A stretch of DNA of 62,793 nucleotides, counting the filler, from Atractiella rhizophila (Eukaryota): NCBI GenBank assembly GCA_021432655.1. It is 3 parts of 3 records of this genome, joined end to end, with 100 filler letters (N's around TTAATTAATTAA, not from the genome) between each part and the next. Parts side by side here need not be neighbours in the genome. Positions count along the whole stretch, not along the records: positions 1 to 29,674 come from MU271718.1; positions 29,775 to 59,431 come from MU271719.1; 1 more part is not named here. One strand, given 5' to 3'. Position 1 is the first letter of the stretch; the number at the start of each line of letters is the position of its first letter. The position numbers and the translations under genes are program-made. The notes beneath the pieces were generated by a model, which did no database searches, had not been told where the DNA came from, and saw only the letters and a list, made by a program, of their open reading frames with translations. Shown here piece by piece: positions 25,028-35,000 of this stretch.

Positions 25028-26591
25028 ATGCTGGCGATAAAACCTGCCTCACAAGCTTCCTCATCTAGCGCACCTCTGACTCCAGGCACGAGCACCGTTT
25101 GGGAGATACCGCCTCGTCCTAAGCCTGGAAGGAAGCCAAAGAAGGACGAGCCTGAATCTGTACGTCTTTGCTCTGTCTTCGGGTTATCTTGGGTGGGAAT
25201 TCTCGAGGATGTTCGTCCTCACATTTTGCTGGGGTGCGCAGAAACGAAAAGCGCAGAATCGAGAGTCGCAAAGAGCTTTTAGGACGCGAAAGGCGGAATA
25301 TCTCACGTCTTTGGAACAGAGGGTACAAGAGTTTGAGAAACAGGATGGGGAGAAGAGCGTATACTTTCAGGGGATCGCGAAGAGGTTCAAAGAGGAGAAC
25401 GATCGGTTAAAAGAGGAGAACAAGAGCTTGAAGGAGCAAGTGGAGAGACTACAATCGCAGGTTCAAGCTCAACTTTCGAGCCCAGTCGGGAGTTCATCCG
25501 TCCAAGTGGTTCAGGTCTCAGGATCACCCGCTCCATCTCCTCCAGAAGCTACCAATGCAGCCTTCCTCCTTGCTCGCCTCACCTCCACCGACCCTGCCGA
25601 ACCTGAGGTTCCCACACGGCTTCAGATCCCATCGGGAGGGTGTGGGCTTTGCACCTCCCCCGAATCAGGCGACTGTCTCTGTCGCGAAGTTCTCGCGGAT
25701 CAACCTCCCAGTCCGCCGCCTTCCAACTTTGTGAGAGAAGAGCGGCCGACAGTCGTGCCACTCAAAAGACAGAGGCTGTCGAATGGAGCTAGTGTGAAGA
25801 AGGTTTGGGATATCGAGGACCATCGTCCTCGAGAGTGCACAGGGAATCCAAAAGACTGTTCAGCTTGTCAAGGGGACAGGTTCGTCTCTTAGCTCCTACA
25901 TACACACACATGTGAAACAGAGAAGCTAATGAATCGATAAACGACAGCTTCGGCCAACAATTTTGCACCATCTTATCCGACACGATGTGTTCCAACAAGG
26001 ATCTTCGTTGCTCCACCTGTCCCTCAAACCTCAACCACAAATCAAAAGAGGTCCCTCAAGCTCAAGGAGGAGGATGTTGCGGCGACCCCGAATTCTGTAC
26101 GGGCACCCTCCGTTTACCTCCCTGTTCCACATTCAACGCTCCTCCGTCGGATCCCTTGTTACCATCGAACACGAACGCATCTCCAACGCGCACCCTCATG
26201 CCTGCCAACCTGGCATGGGAGCAATTCAAAACGCACCCAAACATCGAATACACCGGTAAGTTCCATCACATCTCTTCTCTTTCCTTCCCCTCCCGTCCAC
26301 TTCTCCTTCACTGACTGATGATAACCTCGTAATCTGCGTATAGATCTGCACATGCTAGCAAACGTCGTCGCCGCGCACGCTCATTGTGAAGTCACAACCA
26401 TCCCTACTCCTCGAACCCCTCCTCTGGGATTCTCAAAGTTTGCACAAGAGGGATTCGAGCCTCCGAAGGAGCTTGTGCCGACCGATCAGCTGAAGAGGAA
26501 GAGGGTGGTGGTGGAGAGAGAGGGGGTGGAGGAGGCGATCAGGTTGTTGGATAAGGGTGCTTTTGGTAGATTGGAGAGCGATGGGTTCTGA
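25028..26591 (+). CDS. hapX: HapX-type iron-sensing bZIP transcription factor
   Basis: Hap4-like WEIPPRPKPGRKP, bZIP KRKAQNRESQRAFRTRKAEYLTSLE, Cys-rich regions CGLCTS..GDCLC, CTGNPKDCSACQGD..FGQQFC and GGCCGDPEFC, C-terminal WEQFKTHPN and VEEAIRLLD. Confidence 0.9.
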
Positions 26592-26853
26592 ATTCTTTGA
26601 TTGACTTGAACCCTTTGTCGAAGTCAAGGACTCAGTGTGTTGTACAATGGATCGCTTTGAGAGTGAAAAAATATGAATTGTAGAGGTAGAGGTGTACAGT
26701 ATCTTATTAAGGAAATGCGAACTCTTTGATCACATAAATGTGTACAGCAAATGTAACGTCGAAAATGGAGGAGGGGATCTCGGGACAGAGAGATCCCGGA
26801 CAGCTACATCTCACACTCAGAGTCGGATAGGAAAGAAGAAATAAAGACCAACC

Positions 26854-29674
26854 TCAATACAAAGAACCTTCCCTATTCCTTGTAAACTGTGGAGTCACCT
26901 CTTCCAACCATCTCGTTATCTCCTCCACCGCCTGCTCTCTCGCTCTCTCTCGTACTAACGGATCGTTAGCCGGCAAACGAAGATCTTCTAAGAAGCGAAG
27001 CATCCTCTTTATATCCTTGCTAAAGATTGCTTCCTCCTCCTCGAGCTTCGCTTTTATGATCCTCTGATTGTCCTTTGCGAGCAAGGCAGCTCGATCAACG
27101 ACCTCGCGGGGTAAATCGAACTCAACCCTTTTCTTCGGCGGACCGTAGAATGAGGCTCGATGGAGTAGGGTACGGATATCGGCTGCACCATTAGGCAGAG
27201 ATCGCATGAGTCGAAAATTGGGGCGTAAGCCCTGTTCGAGGGCGGAACGAACGATTTCTTGAGCCCGAATGGGATCTCTCGCCGAAAGATGAGCATTGTG
27301 GAGCACACTGAGGAAGTCCGCTTCCGCATTTTCTGTCGAAATGTTTGGGTCCGACCTTGCCTGGTCTAAAACGCGCTCGACCTCTTCGATGTTGCCTTCC
27401 AAGGCGTAGGAGGTCGCGAGCGTGACGTAAGGTTGAGGAGTGGTGGGTCGAATCTTGTATCTGGTGATGCTATCGAACAGCTTTCGAGCTCTCTTGGTTT
27501 TATGCACTCGAACCAACGCTGCCATTATGATGTTGTAATGTCCATCATCCACGCGAACTCCGGACTTGGCGGCCTCATCGATGATGGCAAATGATTGGTA
27601 TATTTCTCCCCTCGCACAGTATGCGAAAAGGAGAGATGCGACGTGACCAGGGGATGGGTTGAGGCCTTTGGATAGAACGTGAGCCTCAAGGAAATCGTCG
27701 AGGACTGACAGTGGAATGGAAGGTCGTAAAGCCACCTGATGAGCTAGTCGATTGAAATGAATCTGCGTCGAGAGTCGACTGAAGGAAGAAGAGTGGGAAT
27801 CCAGCGTGCGATCGAAAACTGCATCCATTTTACGGGGACGTTGCCTTAGGTTCTCAGCGTTCGATTTGCTCAAAAGTGTCAGCTCGAAGTGTTGGTCCCC
27901 AAACTCCACACCAGTGTTTTCGAACGCCAGAAGCAGTTTCTTGAGCTCGGAAAGAAATGAGTGATTGATGCTGTCCTTGCGAGAAGCAATGATCCCCTTC
28001 AAAAGTGCAACAATCCTGCTTTCATTTACCCAATCTCCCTTCCTAAGCGTCCCCTTCAACATTCCGATCTCGGATGTAATCGTCCCTCTCTCCGTGACGT
28101 TCCTTATATTCTTTACAGCTATCAGGTTCTTGGGTCCAGGCTGACGCATCTGGATGTCAGAGACAACTTGCAATGTCCCATGGATAGTTCCTCCGTTCAA
28201 GGCTTGGTAATAGAAACGGCGAAGGTCCTGCGTCAGGGGTAATCCAAGATCGATAGCTTCCTGGAAGAGTTTCACTGCCATCTCCTTCCGTCCCAAGTAG
28301 ATGTATACCTTCATGAGCTGAGCGTACGACTCTGCATTCAACTTCGGTTTCGAAGTCACAGAACCCCTTCGAGAGCTGACTCTGGAGCTGTACGTTTCTA
28401 GCCGTAGAACAGGACTACTTTCGATGTCAAAATAGTGAAGGTATTTCATCGTCTTTTTCAAGGAGCGTCTTTCCGCATAGAGACCTATCATGGCGTTGAG
28501 GAAAGCTGGGTCTTGCTGGAGAAACTTCCATTCAGGGTTGGATTTGAAGGAGCGCTCGATTTCGTAGATTTCCGACACGCCACCAGCAGATTTACCCAGA
28601 GAAGTCAAAGCTTTGACGATTACGAGAATAGTTTCCGCGGTTGGGGCAAAATTGTAATCGTTCATGGTGCCCAATACCTGACGTGCAGCAACTAGGTCAC
28701 CTGCATCGATGAGACAACCGATGGCCGTGGAACAGCGGAAGGTCCAGGGTTCAAGGGTGGACGATTCCACGAGACGATTCCAGGCTTGCATGATAGTTTC
28801 GGCCTTGCTCTTCTGTGCTTGTAAGCATTGAAAGTAAATGTGTACCAACTGATTGGAATTCGCCAGATGTCCCGCTGCCATAGTCTGTAGAAAGATCATT
28901 GTGACATTCCAGGATTCTCTCTGTCGCAGCTCCAAAGCTAAGTCGACGCAAAATTGCTCCGTGAGCTGAGGGACCTCACGAATCACTTCGAAGAGAAAGT
29001 CTGCTCCCCGTTTCTGCTGCAAGACACCGGTTCTCCGTCTACTTTTTACGAAACGCCATGCTTCGTCGTCCCACGATACAGCAGTAGCTTTTCGTCGGGC
29101 AGGACCTAAAATGGGATTCGAGATTCGTGAAGTTATGATGCATTTGCAGAAAAGGAACAAGACTGATTCGTTCTGCAGGAGTCCAGAAGTGCGGAGGATA
29201 GGTCGCAGAGCTTGACAGTGCTCAAACGTCAATAGCGAGAGATCACTACTTGCAGTCGTATTGATCATTTCAGCGCTGACGTGCTCGTTTCCCGTCCTAG
29301 TGTAGTTGGCAGAGGCGGCAGATAAATGACGAAGAAGAACCGCCACGATCTGGGCTTGAACGTTTTCTCTGGATATCTGTTGTTCTTCCCCTTCTCTATC
29401 CAGAAGCGCCAAATCCATTTTCAAACGGGCAAAACTGGCGTCCAAACTTTCGCTTGCGACCTGGGAATTTAGAGCCAGGCGTGAACGGGGCAGGAAAAGG
29501 TCTCGCTGTAGTTCACGTGGCTTGCGCTGCCGGACTTCGTTCAGCCGCATCTTAAGCGATTGTTTCTTTGAAAAGGGATCATTGAGTGGAGATTGAGACT
29601 GTATTTTCGAGTCAGCATCTGCGCCTTCCGATGGTTGCGCTGAAAAGGAGTCGTCCAAAGAAAAAGGGGTCGCA
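26854..29674 (-). CDS. Pentatricopeptide-repeat (PPR)-like protein, probably mitochondrial; 5' end cut by contig break
   Basis: 934-aa uninterrupted frame open into the gap; 35-aa PPR-like units such as ESYAQLMKVYIYLGRKEMAVKLFQEAIDLGLPLT and GHYNIIMAALVRVHKTKRARKLFDSITRYKIRPT. Confidence 0.75.
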
Positions 29675-29774
29675 NNNNNNNNNNNNNNNNNNNNNNNNNN
29701 NNNNNNNNNNNNNNNNNNTTAATTAATTAANNNNNNNNNNNNNNNNNNNNNNNNNNNNNNNNNNNNNNNNNNNN
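29675..29774. other. Artificial contig linker N44-TTAATTAATTAA-N44
   Basis: 100-nt spacer with stop codons in all six frames; identical to 59432-59531. Confidence 0.98.
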
Positions 29775-29998
29775 ATATGATATGGTACCGCTGTAAAAGT
29801 GCTTTGATTGTGCTCAATGAGAACTGTTTTGAGATTTTGCAAAATTGTTGATAGAGCAGGCCTGTCAGATCCACATTGTGTACTAGATTAAAAATACCCA
29901 ACTCTTGCAAGAAACCATACAACCAAATTGCCTGTTTGGTTACAACATGAGTACTGCTGTATTTTGCCTCCTCCAATAAACAGAAATCAAAGAGATTA

Positions 29999-32900
29999 CT
30001 ATATTTGCACCACGTGTGGGACAGTACCTACCAATGGGACAAAGTCGAAAACTGAAGATAACTCGTCTGGCAGCAGCGTGATCCCTTTCCAATTGTATAT
30101 ACATAATTTTAAGACATCGACAATGTATATTCTTAAGAAAAAGAAGGGAAATGGACTTTGAAAACTGAGATATTAGCAAAAGATCATTCAACATCCCACT
30201 TTTTCATAGTGTATTCAGCTCATACTGGTCAAATATACTTCGAATTTTGTATACAAACACTTTGAGCATCTGTTCATCTGTTGCCCTTGGTCCGACGCCT
30301 TTCTGACTGGTAGTGATTGAGATCCTGCAATTTCTTGGAAGACCAATTTCCTGATCACGTGTTAGTGCGCAATTCCGCAGTTGTTATCTTTGACGCGTCG
30401 TGCTTCTTTCCATTTGGACACCTTTAACACACATCATGCCTGTCAGAAAGACCCAAAAAAAAGGTGTCAGTGACCAGGAGGTTGAAACCAACATGGCTCA
30501 GGCTATTAAGCTTCGCTTGCAGAACCTACAAGAGGTCCAGCAAAATAAACTGTTAAAGCCATTGTCACTGAGACAGATTGCTGATCAGTTTCCTGGTGTG
30601 TCTAAAAGTGCATTAGACAGGAGGTTAAAGGAGGGGAATTCCAGGAGAGAGAGCCAGGTCATGCTCCGACTTCTGCCACCTGAAAAGGAATTAGTCTTGG
30701 TGGAATGGGCAGAATTCTGGTCATCTCAGGGTCACCCTCTCTCCTTAAGCGGACTTCGTGCAGCAGCTCAAGCAATTGGGCAACTCAAGAAGAGACCGGG
30801 AAAAAAATGGACCAGGCTTTTTATAACGAGACATCCAGAACAACTCAGATTTGGCAAACCAGCTCCACTCGATCCACAGCGTGCTCAGAGTTTCAACAAA
30901 CCAACAGTAATGAAGTATTTTGATTTGTTCATGAAAGTGTGCAGTGAAAATGGGATACTGCTGAAAAATTGTTGGAATATGGATGAAAAAGGTGTGCAGC
31001 TTGGAGGTGGTCGAAAACAAGGCAATCGAAAGGTTGTCGTTTCTGTAAAATCGAAAAACTCATATCGTGCCAAATCGGATGCTCTAGAACTTATTACGGT
31101 CATTGAAGGCGTCTCTGCTGAGGGAGAGTGTCTCAAACCAACCTTTATCTACCCTGGCAAGCAACATAATGCTATTTGGACATCTGAAGTCTTAGAAGAG
31201 GACGGGGGCACATTTGAGTAAGTCAGGCTCGCCTTCTGATACTTCCAGTTCTACTTCTAACATCCTGTACTAGGACCACATACTCAGATAAAGGATGGAC
31301 AGATGATGACGTTGGATTTGAATGGTTCAAGGATGTATTGGTGGAGCATCTTTTAGAAAGTGGAGGCTTAGGGAAAGGAGAGCCATGCCTCTTGATCCTT
31401 GACGGGCATGGCTCCCACACCACCGAACGAATTGCAAGCTATGCATTCGATAATTTCCCTCGACTCCTCCACATTATTGTCCTTCCTGCTCATTGCACAC
31501 ACAAACTCCAGCCTCTCGATGTCGGGATCTTCGGCCCTCTTAACAATGCCTTTCGCAAGATCACTGACAAGCTCATTGACCAAGGAACTGAAGTCACAAA
31601 GAGGAATTTGATTCCACGCTACCTCATCGCCAAAAAGAATGGCATTACAAAAGAAGGCATTCGAAAGTCATTCAACAAATGTGGTATCATGGCAGGTGCA
31701 GATGGCACCAGTGCAATCATCAACAAAAATGTCTTTTCGGACACTGACTACACACCTTCACAACGAACTTCCATCAAATCCGTCTTCCCTCCTTCCCTTA
31801 CCAACATGCTCACTAGGACCTCTCAACAAGACGAGAATGAAGTTGCAATCTCCTTGGAAACTGCAGATACAATTCAGGACCAACTCTCAGACACCAGAGG
31901 GGAAAGTGGCATACCTTGGAGGCGGCTAGGGGTTGTTGTCGAAGGTAGTTCAAGTGAAGATGAGGAAGAGAGTGATGAGGATGATGGTGAAGAGCTGGAT
32001 GGAGTTGGCGAACAACTTGGAGGAGAAGACGTGACAGTGCTTCCAAGGCAGCTTCCATGTGGAAGTCCGACAAGCTTGAGGGACAGGGACAGGGATCAGG
32101 GTCCCGTATCCACAATTCAACAGGACCTTGAAACCCCTCCACACGCTTCTGTTCATCGCTTGCGTCATCCATACTCTGCTGCCAGCCTCTTGACCCCCAT
32201 ATCTCCAGATCAGTTTTACCACCTGCCACCATCCGCCATCAATCGTTTCCGCAACCATGAAGGAACACCTATACCCCTCAACACCGAAACTAATCAGAGG
32301 ACGTTATTTGGAGCATTAGCTGCCTTAGACCGTCAATTGACAGAGGTGGAGCGGGATAACGACTGTCATAATGCTCATATCCGAGTGTTAGTATTGGAGA
32401 ATGAGCGGCAAAAACAGGAACTGGAATCCGTTAAAAAGAGGGGTCGGAAGAGTAAAGACCGGCTATTCACCAGTCAGGCTAGGATCCTCAACAGTATTGA
32501 GGTGATGGATGCACTCAAGGTAGCTCGAGAGGAGAAAACAAGGAAGGAGGAGGAGAAAGCAAACCGAAAGAAAGAACGAGATAGAAAAAGAGCAGAAAAA
32601 GAGGCAGACCCTGAAGGTTATGAGAAACGTCAAAGGGAGGAAAGGAATGCAAAATCCCGACTTAACCGGGCCAAGAAAAAGGAAGAGGAGAGAAAGCGAA
32701 AGGAAGAAGAGGAAAGGGTGGGAAAAGTGCATGAATGTGCGCTGCTTACAACTGATTACTGGCATATCTGATTTGCTTTTTGCAGGGTCTCTTCCTGCTC
32801 CAACACTTCAGTTTGACACCCCTTGGTATCCTGCACACCATTCTAATCAACCTCACACAACTCTACTGTCTCAGAAGAGGACAGAACCCGACTCTGGATT

Positions 32901-33759
32901 TATAGCCATAGGCCTGACACTTCCCCCTGCTCTTCGACAAGGAGCAACTTATCTGCATGTTCCATACTCCCCCACCGCAACAGGCACACACAAGCCAGAC
33001 CCTCATCGGCCTTATCTCTCAGTCAACCTCAATTCCAACCTTCTTCGCCCACTCGGAATCATCAACGAGTCTACTCCTGACCTTGAACACAGACCAAATT
33101 CATGTCTGTCACATTTTGGAGAACCAGAAATCGGGTCCTTTTCCTATTAGAACATATATTTTATCAAAAGAGCATTTAAGACTGGCAAACAAAATGCGAT
33201 GATGCTAGAGCCATCCTACATCCAAAACAAGTTAGACACTGAAAAAGCAGTTGTGATGGTGCTGGATAACATTCCTGAGCTCTGTGGAATGTGGGAGTAT
33301 GGACCTGCATAGACAGGACTTTCAATCATAACAGTCGATGAATGGTAATTGTTGATCAGTTGTAGTGCAGTGAGTCATTCTGACGTAGGGTCTGCATTCC
33401 AAGTAGTAGTGGACCTAGCTCAATCACATGACTTACAACTGCCCGAGGGTAGGTCCAGCTTCTCCGAGTTCGGCTTGAGCTGCTTTCGGTCCCGCAGCTG
33501 TTGCTGCGCTTCGGTCAATCTGTCCGATCGCGACTTGGTGCGCTCCGATGTCCAATTGGTGGGCCAGAATGGCTTTGTCTTTGATGGCTCATATCTCCAA
33601 GAAAAAACTTTTTTTGGTCCTCTGTTATTAATACGAAATGAAGAGGCGAAGTAGATCTTCCTGCCCATACCAGCTTGAAGGTAGGCAGTGTTATCTTTGG
33701 CCACAATCCCGCTTTGAAGGTGATGTTCAAGTTTTGTCCCATTAGTGGTGTAAATATAG
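29999..33759 (+). mobile_element. pogo/Fot1-like (Tc1/mariner superfamily) DNA transposon with TIRs and TA target duplication
   Basis: Left TA|CTATATTTGCACCACGTGTGGGACA (29999-30023); right TGTCCCATTAGTGGTGTAAATATAG|TA (33735-33759); 21/25 complementary; encloses a transposase. Confidence 0.9.
30436..32771 (+). CDS. pogo/CENP-B-type DDD transposase with one intron (~31218-31274) and a long charged C-terminal tail
   Basis: HTH SLRQIADQFPGVSKSALDRRL, CENP-B HTH PGKKWTRLFITRHP, catalytic WNMDEKG / LILDGHGSH / QPLDVGIFGP; splicing gtaagt...tactag restores SDKGWTDDDVGFEWF. Confidence 0.9.
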
Positions 33760-34317
33760 TAGTCTGTCAGCTAAAATGGCAAAAATGCCAAACTGAGATT
33801 AAAGACTAGAAAGTAGTGTAACAAAAGATGCACCAGAGTAGAAATCTGTGGCTGCCAATTAGAGTGGTCATAGACAATGCCATAAGTGGGAGTTCCCTTC
33901 TGATAGTGCAGAATATGATCAGCACCAAGAAAGTGAGTGGGACCAGATTTAACTAAAAGTAGTTATGGCTGTCGTATGAGATTTTTCGGCTGTACAGGCC
34001 GATACATGCTGTTGCACACAGCTGTCCTTGACCTTAACCACTTTGAGAAAGGCTGATATAATACAGATTTGCTTCCCGTCCCATCCATTATGACCCAACT
34101 CTGCACGGATATTGTCTCTTCGGCCAGCTTGGCCATTGATTGAGAGAGCTATTCCTTGTTTCCTGATAATGACGCTTCATTGTACTTGTTAAAACCTCAG
34201 TTTGCATCAGTTGGAGCTGCACTCACCTGCTTCTACGGTGTAATTTTGAGCACATTTGAGAATTAGGTTCAGCTTGACATCTAACCTTTGGGGTTAACAG
34301 TAAAAGGAGGCAATGCA

Positions 34318-34481
34318 TGTTGGATTAGGTGTTATATTTCATTGTGTTGTCTTTGTGTGTTCAGCCACCTTTGCTATGTTTACTCACTTTGTAGTTTTTC
34401 TTCCTCAGGGGCAGTCTTGGTGGTCATCATCTTTGAGCAACAACTGCTGTCCCCTAGCTTCATCAACCTCCATTTCTCTCA
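34318..34481 (+). repeat. copia LTR family A, copy A1 (short 164-bp form), followed by a degenerate PBS and leader to 34584
   Basis: TGTTGGATTAGG...TTCTCTCA then TCGTAGCAAGAG (compare TGGTAGCGAGAG); only one copy of the internal repeat. Confidence 0.85.
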
Positions 34482-34584
34482 TCGTAGCAAGAGCAGTGGC
34501 TAGGGATTGACAGATCAGTTGGAATTGCAATTTTTTAATTCGCTACTAACTTGGTTGAAAATTTTGACCACTCAGCCATCTGTT

Positions 34585-35000
34585 TGTTAGTTGTAGTGTG
34601 TTGTGTTGGTCATCTGCCCCTTATGACTCATATGAGTCATCACTATGTAGTTTAGTTTTGCCTAGGAGTGTTGGTGCTCATTATTGACCACCAACTACTC
34701 CTAGGTATGACTCTCTATAATTCATCAATGTCTCAATTATTGACCACCAACTACTCCTTGTTGGATTAAATGCTAAATTTCATGGTGTTGTCTTTGTGTG
34801 TTCAGCCACCTTTGCTGTGTTTACTCACTTCGTAGTTTTTCTCCCTAGGGGGCAGTATTGGTGGTCATCATCTTTGACCACCAACTCCTGTCCCCTAGGT
34901 ATGTGTTTCCTCATCAATCCTATCATCTTTGACCACCAACTGCTATCCCCTAGCTCCATCCAGCATCTATTCCTCTCACTCCTAGCCTCAGATCCTTTCA
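34585..35000 (+). repeat. copia LTR family B, copy B1, interrupted by solo LTR A2
   Basis: TGTTAGTTGTAG...GATCCTTTCA; homologous to 37276-37469, 46955-47145 and 48205-48395. Confidence 0.88.
34759..34978 (+). repeat. Solo LTR family A, copy A2 (220 bp) with 5-bp TSD CTCCT
   Basis: TG...CA termini; CTCCT at 34754-34758 and 34979-34983. Confidence 0.92.

Larger units (their letters stand above)
29775..34317 (-). mobile_element. Highly degenerate Ty1/copia RT-RNase H relic, split by the pogo element (29775-29998 and 33760-34317)
   Basis: Minus strand GPTHFLGADHILHYQKGTPTYGIVY right of the pogo element and EEAKY...KQAIWLYGFLQELG left of it: consecutive copia RT-tether/RNase H motifs. Confidence 0.7.

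Noticed and set aside
29675..29774. TTAATTAATTAA palindrome within Ns, and ORFs ending in X...LIN
   Set aside because: Artificial concatenation linker repeated identically at 59432-59531.
30436..32771. Domesticated CENP-B-like host gene beside a putative centromere
   Set aside because: It retains TIRs, TA flanks and the catalytic aspartates, so it is best read as a transposon.
34860..34960. 25-32-nt direct repeats with ~25-30-nt spacers resembling a CRISPR array
   Set aside because: Only two units per locus, with the same spacer in each LTR copy, no cas genes and a eukaryotic context.
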